NCBI GenBank assembly: GCA_965112735.1 | Contig: OZ218961.1 | Span: 1,364,001-1,428,000, forward strand | DNA: 64,000 nt | From: Phaeosaccion multiseriatum | Taxonomy: Eukaryota > Protista > Ochrophyta, other classes | Direction: 5' to 3' | Shown: positions 33,225 to 45,400 of the stretch, in pieces | Layout: each line of letters begins with the position of its first letter | How positions within the stretch are numbered: the stretch's first letter is position 1 | The notes under the pieces: generated by a model | What the model was told of the DNA's origin: nothing | Seen by the model: only the letters and a program-made list of their open reading frames with translations | Database searches by the model: none | Translations under genes and position numbers: made by a program

Positions 33225-34739
33225 ATGGAGGGAGGAAAGAGACGACTAGCAGCGGAAAACATTCCCTCTTCGCGTGCTTCAAAGAAGCACTCAGGAGACC
33301 CCGTTACCGAGGCAGCAGACTGGGATGGAGTGAAGGTGCTGACCCTCATTGTTGCAAACGTGCGCTCCGTCAAGAGTCTGTGGGGCTTGTCCAGAGTGGT
33401 GGATGCAGTCGTGGGGAGGCGAGTTGTTCTACACTGCGATGTGCCTAGTGCGGTCCAGCAGAGAATACTGAAGATGCTCGAGCACCAGCAGCGGCTTGAG
33501 CTTGAGCCATCTTGGGAAGGAGGAGCATGCTCTGCTGCTGAGGATAGACAAAGACCATGCGTCCAGGAGGAGCAGCAGCGGGCCCAGGAGTGTGGAGAGG
33601 GAGGAGGGGAGACTCCCGACGAAAGGCATTTTCGGGTCAGCGCTGTCACGCTGGGCCGTGTAGGGTGGGTTTCATCTGGTGATACTCGGTTGGCGGACGT
33701 TTCCCTTGTCCAGGAAGGGCTGAGAGTGCTCCCTCCCTCGGTGAAGCACGTTCGCTTGGGAAATGATATCAACTGTCGTGGCCTACGTCTTCCTGACGGG
33801 CTGGAGAGTGTACATTTTGGGAGAGAGTTTTCCCAAGAGGTCAACCTTCCGCACGCCTTGAGAGAGTTGAGCTTCCATCCTGAGTCCATTTACAATCGTC
33901 CTTTGGACCTCCCCCCATCGCTGCAGAAGATCACGGTTGGGAGCTGGTTTAACCATGACGTGACTCTTCCTGGCTCTCTTCGGACTCTGAAGCTGGGGTG
34001 GGAGTACACGCAGCCGCTACCGGATCTGCCGGACGGGCTGAAGGAGCTGAAATTTCCCTGGGACTCGAGGTTTGATCATCCATTAACCCTGCCTGCCTCT
34101 CTTCAGACTCTGGAGCTGGGACTTAGGTATGACCGGCCGCTATCGGATCTGCCGGACGGGCTGAAGGAGCTGAAATTTTCCGCGGAGTCGAGGTTTAATC
34201 ATCCGTTGATTCTGCCTGCCTCTGTTCGGACTCTGCAGCTGGGATATGAGTATGACCGGCCCCTATCGGACCTGCCGGACGGGCTGAAGGAGCTGAAATT
34301 TGCCCGGGTCTCGAGGTTTAATCATCCGCTGACCCTGTCTGGCTCTCTTCGGACTCTGGAGCTCGGACGTCAGTATGACCGGCCCCTATCGGATCTGCCG
34401 GGCGGGCTGAAGGAACTGAAATTTTCCTATAACTCGAGGTTTAATCATCCGTTCACCCTGCCTACCTCTCTCCGGACTCTGCAGCTGGGAGAGAAGTATA
34501 ACCAGCCCCTATCGAATCTGCCGGACGGGCTGACGGAGCTGAAATTTTGCGATGACTCGAGGTTTGATCATCCGTTGATCCTTCCTGCCTCTCTTCGGAC
34601 TCTGCAGTTGGGACTGCATTACAGTCAGCCCCTATCGGATCTGCCTGCAGGTCTGAAGCGACTCGGGGTTTGTGAGAAGTACGAGCTCCCTGCTCAGCTG
34701 CCCAGGGGCCTTCAAGTGATGTTCTTTGCCTATGAGTAG
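33225..34739 (+). CDS. FNIP-repeat protein copy 2 with F-box-like N-terminus; intronless, 504 aa
   Basis: N-terminal region nearly identical to copy 1. 5 full 41-aa units plus cap, from ~33948. Confidence 0.88.
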   Translation: MEGGKRRLAAENIPSSRASKKHSGDPVTEAADWDGVKVLTLIVANVRSVKSLWGLSRVVDAVVGRRVVLHCDVPSAVQQRILKMLEHQQRLELEPSWEGGACSAAEDRQRPCVQEEQQRAQECGEGGGETPDERHFRVSAVTLGRVGWVSSGDTRLADVSLVQEGLRVLPPSVKHVRLGNDINCRGLRLPDGLESVHFGREFSQEVNLPHALRELSFHPESIYNRPLDLPPSLQKITVGSWFNHDVTLPGSLRTLKLGWEYTQPLPDLPDGLKELKFPWDSRFDHPLTLPASLQTLELGLRYDRPLSDLPDGLKELKFSAESRFNHPLILPASVRTLQLGYEYDRPLSDLPDGLKELKFARVSRFNHPLTLSGSLRTLELGRQYDRPLSDLPGGLKELKFSYNSRFNHPFTLPTSLRTLQLGEKYNQPLSNLPDGLTELKFCDDSRFDHPLILPASLRTLQLGLHYSQPLSDLPAGLKRLGVCEKYELPAQLPRGLQVMFFAYE

Positions 34740-35309
34740 AAGGACGAGACCGACTTCAAGGACACTCTCCGGCGGCTGACCAGGGTGACGCTGGAGCAGC
34801 TGCAGGCCCCCTCCTCCTCCTCCTCCTCCTCCTCCTCCTCCTCCTCCTCCTCCTCCTCCTCGCGGGGAGTGCCGCTTTCAGGAGGAGGAGGAGCGGCATC
34901 AGCAGGGCACGAAGAGGAGGGCGAGGAGGAGGAGGGAGGGGAGGAGGGAGGCAGAGCACGAGGAGAGCGCAGACATGGAGCAGCTGGTGGTGGACCTGCA
35001 CGCTGTGCTGGGGGCCGTGCAGCAGTAGCTCTGGAGGGCAGAGGAGAGGTGGGCACTGATAACCACTGGCAGGTAGTGGCAGGATAGCAGCCAGCAGCAG
35101 CAGGAGGAGGAGGAGGCGGAGGAGGAGGACGAGGAGGAGGAGAAGGCGAGAGAGAGGGAAGGACTTCACGCCTTTGTTGTATAGCAGGAAAAGATTTTAC
35201 TTATGAATTGACGAAAGAATACAAAGACTCCCCAGGTGGTGCGTGCTGCGTGGGCGTGTGTGAAGACGTAGTATGTCAAAAAAAAACCTGAAATGCACTG
35301 AAGAGTCAA

Positions 35310-35663
35310 GAATCAAACAAGCGAGGATTATGAAGGGGAGGAGATTTTGTCCGGTGCTGACGGCGTTGACGGTACATGGAGTGACTCCGCAGCGGGCTTC
35401 TCCACCGGCCCAAGCCTTGGCTACAGGACTCCTCCATCTCATGTGCGCTTTGCCTCGCCCCCTCAAGCCACAGCGGGCGCACCAGTAGCAGCATCGGCTG
35501 CAGGAGGACAAGGCGGCCGAGAGCTGAAGGAGCTGAGGGAGTTTGTGGTGTGGGCAACGGCGAACCCCGGCGCGAAGCTACCGAAGGCCACGGCCGGTGT
35601 GGTGGCTGGCCGGGCTCAGAGGAGTGGCTGGTGACGTGATGACTTCGGAGGCGGTTGCCCCCC
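35310..35663 (+). pseudogene. Inverted, frameshifted copy of the upstream region + exon 1 of the SET gene
   Basis: High similarity to the reverse complement of ~5143-4806 (ATGAAGGGGAGGAGA..CTCCACCGGCCCAAGCC..GAAGCTACCGAAGGCCACGGCC), with indels. Confidence 0.9.
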
Positions 35664-35713
35664 ACGCCTTCTCCGTCCGTGGCTCTGAGATCTAATCACT
35701 CCTAGTTGTGTCT

Positions 35714-35810
35714 TACCCCCCTCTACCATTGATACATGTGACTCTGCCTTGAAAATCACACGACCCTCATTGGTCATTGGTGTCATGTGTCATGCCCCGT
35801 GGTGTCGGCC
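35714..35810 (-). pseudogene. Decayed 3'-end fragment of a third PPR-SMR copy
   Basis: TACCCCCCTCTACC..CTGCCTTGAAAATCACACGACCCTC..CATGCCCCGTGG matches 19372-19450. Confidence 0.8.
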
Positions 35811-36370
35811 GCAATCACCACAATCAGCCTTCGACCGAGCGACCCCCGTGTCGCCATGCGTGTGTGTGTCCCTCTCTCCCATAGGCTCTATCCTTCTTTG
35901 TCCGCCCCCCCACAAAGTCAACAAGTAAAGCCCCTGTCGATCTCCATCGAAGCCTATCGCCCCAGTCGGTCGGTCGGTCAGTCAGTCAGACAATTAAGTA
36001 GGCAGTCCGTCAATCCGTCAGTCAATCAACCAGACAGTCGGTCAGTCAGTCAGGCTCCACCAGTGTCAGCACTCTTCTTTCAGCCCTTGCTTCAATCTGG
36101 AGCAGGGCCATGCCGTGCCAACTGACCAACTGCGGTCGTCGCCTCCATACTTCACCTCCTTCATCCCCTGCTGGCGCTGGCAATGAATGGCATGACCTGT
36201 GTATGCAAATATGCACCAGAGCGATGCGCGCAGCACGAGGCAAGCACCAAGGCAAGGCGGAGAGGATGGGGGTGGTGGTGGAGCACACACAATGTACAAA
36301 TGTCATTACAGTGTACCTTTGTGTCACCTGATCTATTGAACTGAAACAGAAACTGGAACCGGAAACGTAC

Positions 36371-38365
36371 CTCCTCCTTGACCTTCATGGTGTGCAGGTG
36401 GGAACTGAAGTCAATGATCACGAAGTGCCGAGGGTCGTCATGGGCGTAGTCCTTCCCATAGTGGAGGAGTTGGTGGTCTATCTTGAAGCTCAGCCTCTGG
36501 GCCTGCCCGAAGGAGTCAACAAGGGGTCAAGTTAGTAAGATGGTTGGGTTTGGCCAGGGAAGGAGCAGAGGCAGTGTAGAGCAGCGCATAGGACAAGAGA
36601 AAAAGGCCGAACAAGAATGGGGCCGTCCCGCCCACAGCTACGCCCCGGAAAGTGGTCGGCAAACCATTACCGCACAACCCTCCCTTGGTCTCTGCCTCGA
36701 GGAGGAAGCTTCCAAGTGTATCGCTCATTCGCCTCTCTCTCCCTCTCTCCCCCCCCCCTTCTTTATCCCCCTCTCTCTCTCTCCCTTCCTCCTTCCCTCT
36801 GGTTCTTCTCTCTCTCCCTCCCTCCCTCCCTCTCTCCCTTCCCCCCTCCCTCCCTCCCTCTCTAGTCGCGCTCACCTCCACACGCAGATGGGCGCTCCTC
36901 ATGTCTCTGTAGTGCATGACCATGGTGATGTCACAGGGCTCGAAGGGGTGATGGAACACGTACACGCACTTGTCTCTGTAGAACGTTACAGGCGAAGGGT
37001 ACTTGCTGGGGGGAAGGGGTGCGTAGGAGAGGGAAGGAGAGGAGGGGAGGGGAGGGGAGGGTTGCTAACTCACTCACTCACTCGTACTCACTCACTTCCT
37101 CACTCATTCATTCACTCACTCACCCACTCACTCACACCACTCTCGCCACTCACTTACTCATCACTCTCGCTACTCACTCACTCACTCGCTCACTCACTCA
37201 CCCGCTCACTCACTCACTCACTCACTCACTTTCTTCACTCACTCACTCACTCGCTCACTCACCCGCTCACTCACTCACTCACTCTCTTCACTCACTGACT
37301 CACTCGCTCACTCACCCGCTCACTCACTCACTCACTCACTCACTCTCTTCACTCACTCACTCACTCGCTCACTCACCCGCTCACTCACTCACTCACTCAC
37401 TCTCTCTCTTCACTCACCAGCTCAGTCTCCCCACCGAGAAGGTCCTGGATGGGGTGGTGAATAGGGCTCCACCAGACGTGCTCAGGTCTTTGAGCCCGTG
37501 GGCCTTGCGGATTGAAGTCGTCAGGGCTGCGGCATCGGCACCGATCGTCGCCAGCTGGAGAGTTAAGCGTGTGTACGAGTAGTGTCAGTGGAAGGCAAGA
37601 GGGGGAGGGGGGTTGTAGTTGTAGTGAGACAGCTGTGAGGGGTGTGGGGTGTCATCTCACACCAAGGACAGCGCACAGAGAGCGCAAGAGAGGAAGGGCG
37701 ATTTTGCAGTTTAGTGCCATGCAAAGACATCTGTCTGCCGCTGCTCTTCTCTCTCTTTCGGTACAGCGAAGAGGTAGAGCGAAGAAAATTGACACACACA
37801 CACCTGTTCGCTGAGGCTGGCTCGGACGGGCTTGCTGCTTCTCCGCCGCCGCGCTGGAGAGGTCTGCTGACTTGCTGCTGGAAGCCATAGGGAGGGGATG
37901 GGGGGGGAGGCAAGCGAGCGCATGAATTTAAACAAGTGCAACACGGTACGATGACAGGTCCTCCCCCTGCTTTCCTCACTAACCTTCTTGGGTAGTAGGT
38001 TGTGTTCCGTGGGTAGTAGGTTGTGCCCCGTGCGGCCGATGCGGCGACGCCTCGCGCCGGACGCTTTCGCTCCTGCTTGGCGAAATACTGCTGCTACTGC
38101 TGCTGCTCGGAGTTTCAGTTGGCCGATGCGCTGGCTTTGCCGCTGCTGGTGAAGAAGTCTTTCTCGCTGCTGATAGGAGTACCCCGTTTGCCCTCTCCTG
38201 TGGTGCTTCTCCTCGTGTTGAGGCGGCTTCGCCCCCTTCTTCCCTTGCGCATCGTCCCCCTAGACGCCTGCCGTAGTGCTTGGCTATGAACTCGCTCTTA
38301 TACGCATCACATCCGCTGCTGCTGCTGCTCCCGCTGCTTCTGCGCCGCTGCAGCGCAAGGGACAT
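36371..38365 (-). CDS. Hypothetical protein with a compact globular C-terminal domain; multi-exon, last exon unresolved
   Basis: Spliced peptide ..FSVGRLSCKYPSPVTFYRDKCVYVFHHPF..MHYRDM..LSFKIDHQLLHYGKDYAHDDPRHFVIIDF with in-phase GT-AG junctions. Confidence 0.6.
37066..37415. repeat. (CACT)n microsatellite, reading (GTGA)n on the sense strand directly after the donor
   Basis: Direct reading; donor at 37417. Confidence 0.93.
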
Positions 38366-38667
38366 GTCAGGGGGCGGGCTGTAGTCTTACGCCACCCGTC
38401 CCGCTCCTGGTACAGCGGCACGACGATATGATTCCGGCCGTAGATGCATTCCTTGCGCACAAGCGAAGCTCACATGACAAGGAGAGAGAGAGGAGCGGAA
38501 AAAAAGAGGAAGGGGGGAAAAGATGATCGGAAAAATTCGAAACGTCGGCGACGGCACTGGATGGCTTTTCACTTGGTACCCACACCCAAACAAGCCAGCA
38601 GCAACAGCTCCGTTCGCCTTCTTTTCCTTCCCTTGGCTGTATCTCTCTCCCTGTCTTGTGGCGCGCC

Positions 38668-39916
38668 ATGAACGGGAAGGGGAAGAATGTCTACCAAGCG
38701 GACTATTGGAAGAACCAGGGGCAGTACTACTGTAAGGTGTGCAATGCCTGGATGACCAACAGTAAGGCCGCGATCTTGCATCACAACAACGGCAAGCGCC
38801 ACAAGGAGATTGTGGAAGAGAATCGGCGACGCAAGCGAGACGATGCCTTCAGAGCGGAACAAATGCAGAGGGATGTGAAGAACCAGATGAAGGAGATAGA
38901 GAAGGTGAGCCGCTCACTCTGAGCACCGCAGCACCCTTTTGCCACTTAACCCTCCAAGCTATCTGACGGATTGGATTGTGGATCGTGTTTGGTTGTTGGA
39001 CACACCCCAGGCGGCGCGTGCTGCTCACCAACAGGACCTCGAGAGCGGAGCCTTTGCTGGAGCGGGGGTGTACGGGCAAGGAGTCCCCGCTGCGCCAGCA
39101 GAAGCAGCAGTAGCGCCAGGAGGAGCGAGGGATGGCCCCCCTCCCCCTCCGCCTCCCCCTCCTCTGCCTTCTGATCATCGCTTACCCCCCCCGCCTCCCC
39201 CACGCCCACCCTCCATGCCCGACGCACCTCCACCTCCTCCACCCCCATCGGAGGGAGAGGCGTCTGTCGGCGCGCGGGAAGGGGGGGGTGCGGAGGACGA
39301 TGGGGTCTACAAGGTCAAGGGGCAGTGGTTCCTCGACGCAAAGAAACACGGTGCGTAGTGCGTAGCGTATTTACGCACACACTCTCTCTCCTGCCCTACC
39401 TCTATCTCTCTCCGTCCGGCCCCTGTCTGTCTCTCTCCCTCCCCCCCCCCCTGCCAAAGGAAAATGAAGTGCTTCCACTCTTGGCTGCCCACTGATGCCC
39501 CGCTTACTCCCCGATTGCCACTTCCTGCTGTCCCCCTATTCCTCTGGTCCCTATCTTTATACCCCCCACGGTGATCATTCCCTTCCCCCCGCCTGTCACC
39601 CATCCATCTGTCTTACCCACCCACCCACTGACTTGACCATCTGCCCACCCATCCCGCTGCCCTGCTCCTGTGTCCCGTTCCTGGTGCACCCCCTCTCCTC
39701 CTCCTCCTCCTCCTCCTCAGAGGACAAACTCTTAGCCAACACCCCCTGTCAGCTCTTCTTGGAGGCCGGGGAGGGGCAGTGGGTGGATGCCCTCATCCTG
39801 TCCGTAAAGAAGGAGGAAGTACCTCACACCACCCTCGTTCTTGTCAAGTGCGAAGTGGCCTACTATCAGGTAATGTACATCATACATATATATATAATAT
39901 ATTATGTACATAATAC

Positions 39917-39961
<45 letters not shown>

Positions 39962-41666
39962 TATATGTATATGCTTAGTTTTTCCTTCTTTATATATACT
40001 AGTGTGTGTATATATAGATATGTGGGGTGCATGTGTCCATGTGTAGAGAGACAGTTTCAGCTTCAACTTTTCCCTATCCTTGCCGCTCGTTCTTTGGGTA
40101 TGTGTGTATGCCTCCACCCACCCACCCACCCACCCACCCTCCTACCGAATTACCCACCCACCCACTCACTCACTCACGTGCCCTGCCCCCCCCTATCTCC
40201 TTCATCGACCTTCCCTTCCTTGGGTATGTGTGAATGTGCCCTCATCCCCATGTTCCCGTCTGTATGCCTGTACTCCCCCCATACCCTGTCCTTATGCCCG
40301 CACTCCCCGCTGCCCTGCCTATATTCCTCTATCCCCCTCCTCCATAGGACTTGAGTGCCAATGCGACGGAGACAGTTGAGAGTGAGGTGCTGCCGGATCG
40401 AATCCGACTGGTGGCTGCAGAAGGTGGGTGGTGGGGGGGTGGGTGGGTGGTGTGAGTCGTGTGAAGTTGTTGTCTCTCGTCTCTGCTGCCGCTACTGTGT
40501 GGCTCGTTGGCCAGCTCGTGTGCTGTGTGGTGCCTTTGTCCTCTTCTCTACTCTCCTTTCCTTTCCTCCTCTCCTCTCTTCTGCCTTTCTCTCTCCTCCC
40601 CTCTCCTATCCTCTTTTACCCCTTTTCTCTTCTCCTCTCCCTCCTTCTCTCTCCTCTTCTCTCTCCTCCTCCCTAACCCCCCCCCGCCCTTCCCCCTCTT
40701 CTCCTCGCCTTTCAGGGGGTGAATGGCTGCCTCCCGATGCCGTGGGTGTAGGAGGAGGAGAGGATGGTGCTCCCCCTCTGCCGCCGCCTCCGCCTCCACC
40801 ACCTCCACCCGAGGTAGATGAAGATACAGGGTATGGGGGGTGGCAGACCATTTCTGTGAAGCAGACGACCGAGAGCGAGCGGATCAAGAAGAAGGAGGAG
40901 GAGGCAAAACGGGCGAAGAAGGAAGAGGCTCGGCTGTGGAGGGAGAGGGAGGAGAAGGACAGACAGGACTTGCTGGATGAGGAGGAGTTGGTGGGGGATA
41001 ATGACGTCATCGCCTCCGCTGACCCGAACAACACCGGCATGTATAAAGGTAACGGGTGCGAGGAGGAGGGGGAGGGGGAGGGGGGAGGAGAGGGGAGGGG
41101 AGAGGGGGAGGGGAGGGGAGCGGAGGGGAGAGGGGGGCGACGAGGCGTTGAGGGTGGGATTGGGGTAGGGGTAGGGGGTGGAGTTGCATTGAGAACTGAG
41201 GAAGGGGGGGGGGGGGGTCTGAGGAGAGGGAGTGAGGGGGAGGGGCGTCGTGGGGGTAGTCGAAGATGGGGCGGAGGGTAGAGGGAAGATGGGAGACGAG
41301 GGGAGATGGCAGCAGAGCGCGGAGAGTGGATGGCAGTGGATGGCATTAACCGTTTTGTCTTTCCCTGTGTCTCCCTACTCTCTGTGTGTTTGTGTTGTTA
41401 CACGTGCCCTACCCACCCCATACACCCCCAACTTTCGACGTGTCCGATGCGCAGGTGTGAAACTGTCGGCCAGCGGCGGCAGCAGCGTAGTGAAGAAGGA
41501 GACACAGGAGCGGGAGGAGGCCCCTCCACCCTTCCTGTCTGGGCCGGGGGGGGCGGAGGGGGCGGAAGGAGCGGTGGTGGGGTTCAAGAAGAGAAAGGGG
41601 AAAGGCAATGGAGGGGGAGCTGGCGCCAGAGCAAAGTTCAGAAGAAAGTCCGACAATGCGACCTGA
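38668..41666 (+). CDS. WBP4: WBP4/FBP21-like spliceosomal U1-type zinc-finger protein; multi-exon
   Basis: ADYWKNQGQYYCKVCNAWMTN..HNNGKRHKE..MKEIEKAARAAHQQDL; later GYGGWQTI and VGFKKRK motifs. Confidence 0.78.
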
Positions 41667-41690
41667 TCGACAGGGACGGACTGAGAGAAA

Positions 41691-41741
<51 letters not shown>

Positions 41742-42429
41742 AGGGAGGGAGGAAGAGAGGGGAAGAGAGAGAAAGCGCGCAGACGCAATTTACCTTCGGG
41801 ATGAAGGTCCTGAAGTTCACCCTTCAGCACTGCTGTTTAGCACCCTTCAACAGAGCGACACACAGTGGCGGTGCGGTGTTGTGAGCCTCCCTCCGCCCTG
41901 GGGAGCCAACCGAGGACACAACACACAACACAGAACGCACTCTCAGTCAAGGGCACCGTCGCCCCTGCACCCTTCATCACCCCAAGCAAACAGAGCAATG
42001 GACTGGAGGCGTCAGCAGAGGGGAGGGGAAAGGGGGAGGGAGGGTAAGGGAGGAGAGGGGAGGAGAGGCCTCACTCTTCACTCGCCATCCCCCCGTCGCG
42101 CGGTGTTGCACAGCAGTCTTGTCAGTGAGTGAGTGAGCGAGTGAGTCAGTCAGTCAGTCAGTCAGTGGGGTAGTGAGTGAGTCAGTGAGTGAGTGAGTGA
42201 GTGAGTGAGTGAGTGAGTGAGGCAACCCGCCCCTCTCCTGCCTTTAGGCCTGCTCAGGAAGGAGGGTGTGAGAGGGAGAGAAGGAGAGGGACGGATTTCT
42301 CTCCTCACTTTCCCAGTTAGGAGGGTGTTCAAGGGAGAGAGATGGATGGTCTTTTCCTCACGTTCCCGGGCGGGAGGATGTGAAAGAGAGACACGATAGA
42401 TCAATGGTTCTCTCCTCAGGAGAGAGGTG

Positions 42430-45400
42430 AGTGGTTCCTTGGGTTCCCTCCAAGGGCCCGGGCAGGTGGTCAGCCCCCCCACCACGGAGACGGAGGTGGC
42501 GCGCGCACACACGGGGTGTGGAAAGCAGCGTAGCACCAATTGGTGATGCACCACCAGCAGCAGCAGCAGCAGCAGTAGCAGCAGCAGCGGCAGTAGCAGT
42601 GGGTGATGCCGCAGTAGCAGCAGCAGTAGTTGGTGATACAACAGGCACTTGGCCGTGCAGGAGTGAAGTGGAGTGGAGAGGAAGGAATGCACCTATTCTA
42701 CTCTGCTTGTATCGTGTATTGAAGGAAAGGAGAATAGAAGGGAGAGGGGCAGAGTACTGTCTACTGACACTCTCCACTTTCTTTGTCGTGTACAGATGTA
42801 TTTATTATTTATAGATTTATCATTTCCCCTCCTTTGTGTCTACTTGACTGAATAACTACCTCCCTTCTTCCGTCCATTCTTCCACCAGTCACACGGTCAC
42901 TCACTCACTCTTCTCACTCAGTGTGTACTGCAAGAGGCTCCATCTCCTCCGGGTGGTCCTCCGGATGGTCATCCGCCTCAGTCTCACCGTCGCCAGCCAC
43001 AACAGTAGCTGAGGTGCTCGCACCACCCCCCCTCCCCCTGCCCCTCCCCTCTCCACCTCGAACTCCTCCTCCTCGTCCTCCTCCTCCTCCTCCTCCCTCG
43101 TCCTCCTCCTCGTCCTCTTCCTCCTCCTCCTCCCCATCCCCTCCCACCCCGTCCGTCTCGGGTATGCGCCGCATGACATCAAGGCGTTGGTTGCGCTTCT
43201 TCGCCTTCTTGCCTTTCTTGGTCTTTGGGCCGTTGCGCTTGGCTCGGTTCTGGGCTCGGGTCTTGCTTGCCTGGGTCGTGACACAGCCGCAGCAGTTGGT
43301 GTTGACATTAGTTTGTGATATAGCAGTTGGTGATTCGGAACCAGTTTGGTGAGGTCAAAGGAGGAGGAGGAGGAGGAGGAGGAGGAGGAGGAGGGGAAAC
43401 GTACAACAATGTGTATGATAGTGGGACGTTCATGCGGGGGCGTTCACAGCTGTTTTACGACTGTCGATCTGTCTTGCAAGAAGAGTAAGAGAAGAGCAAC
43501 AAACACTGCACCCTACAAAACATGAGAGTCAGGGTGAATACGGACTTGTCCAGCTCTTACCTGCATAGCACTGGATCTACCCCAACCTTGCCCCAGGTCC
43601 AGAGGCGCTCCTACCCCTTGCTGCTGCTGCTGCCCGTCCATTGCCATCCCCCCCTTCTGCCCCTGTTGCTGACCCTGCTGCTGCATCAGCAACGGCTGCT
43701 GCTGCCCCAGATGCTGCCCAAGGGTCTGGAGAGTGGAGCCTTGGTCGGGGGTTTGCAAGGACGCATACATCTGCTGTACCACCAACTGCTGCTGTTGCTG
43801 CAGGTGGTCGTAGCTGCCAGCATTCCCCATTGACACAGACCCCGCCTTCGATGAAGATGAAGAGAGAGCCCCGCCCTCACCTCCTCCCTCGGTCCTCCCG
43901 CGCCGCAGCTTCGGACTCCCAAGGAAGGAGGCGCTACTTGCATGCGCCTGGGCCTTGGCCCCGCCTCCCACAGCAGTTGGTGAGACAGTAAGAGCTGCTG
44001 CTCCTGCCCCCTCCTCCTCCTCCCCATCTTCTCCTGTCGCTCCAGCGGCTGCCGCTGCTACTGCCGCCGCCGCCGCTGACGCTGCTGCTGCTACTACCGT
44101 TGCTGCTCCTGCTACTCCCGTAGCCTTGTGTGCCTTGCTACCCACCCCGCCGCCTCCCAGTGCGGTCGGAAGCCCATTCATAGATGTCGTAGAGAATGTA
44201 GAAGACGATATGTCGGGGGGCCTCCGCACCTGAAGCGCGGCCATCTCTGGCAGACGCTTGGACAGGAGAGAGGGGACCTGCACACGCACAGCTGCAGCCG
44301 CCGAGGGCCCTGATGGATCCAGTGGTGGACGGATTGATCGGTCGGTGTGGTGTGGATGGAGCAAGGAGGGAGGGAGGCAGGTCGGAGAGGGCGAACGGGC
44401 AGCATGGCATTCATAGCACACAACCTGCAAGAGACTCACTCCCTAACCTACACACTCCTTCCGTAAGGTTACGTACTACGTACCTCTGGCTGCGTTGAGG
44501 AGACGCATGACCTTCCGTGACTTATACTGCAGGTGCAAGGCGATGCTCCTCTGCCTCTGCATCCTCTCCCTCTGTCTGTGCTGCATGCGTGTGAAGTGCT
44601 CTTCCAGGTCTTCTTGGTACAGTTCGTGCCGGGCCCGCATCAGCTCCAGCCGCACCTGAGAGTGAGAGGGGGGGGAGAGGGGAGGGAAGAGAAGGGAAGA
44701 GGAGGGGAGAGGGAGGAAGGGAGGGAGGGAGGAAGGGAGGGAGAGGGTAGAGGAGGGCTCTGCCGTCAATACTTGCACCTCTCCCTCTCATGTGCGAAGG
44801 AAGACTTCAGAGTCCCACACATACACACACAACAGAGATAGAGGAACCGGGGGGGGGGGGGGGGCGATGGGGAGCGACAAGAGAGGAAGACATCACAGAG
44901 AGAGGGAGAAGGAGGAAGAGAGAACAAATCCGAGTGACTCGTACGACTCGCGCACCTTCTGGCGCATGCTCATGACCCGGTGATGAGTTCGAAGGTTGTT
45001 GACGGACGATTCAGTGAGGTACACCTGTGAATCCTCCTTGCCGGGCTCCACGTGTTCCACCTTCATACACAACAGATGGCAAGGGATGGCAGTGGATGGG
45101 AGGGGAGGGGACAGGAGGGTGTTTGGTGGGGGGGGGCTGCTGGGCCCCGGGACGGGGACGATGGCAGTGGATGGAGAGGGAGGGGACGAAGAGAGGAAGG
45201 GAGGAAGGGAGGGGAGGGGAAGGAGGGGGGGAGGGAGGGAGGGAGGGGAAGGGGGGGTAGAGGGAGAGAGGGAGGGAGAGACGGAGGGAGGGAGGGAGGG
45301 AGGGAGGGAGGGGACGAGGGAGAGAGGAGAGAGGGGGCGAGAGAGGGGGTGAGAGGCAGGGGGCAAGTCACTGACCTTAACCTCGACGTTGCCGTGCTGA

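Noticed and set aside
22081-34739. Diversity-generating retroelement as the source of FNIP variation
   Set aside because: No reverse transcriptase or template repeat in the window, and the changes are not obviously adenine-specific.
39880-40025. AT-rich (TA)n island
   Set aside because: Ordinary intronic microsatellite with no TIR or TSD.
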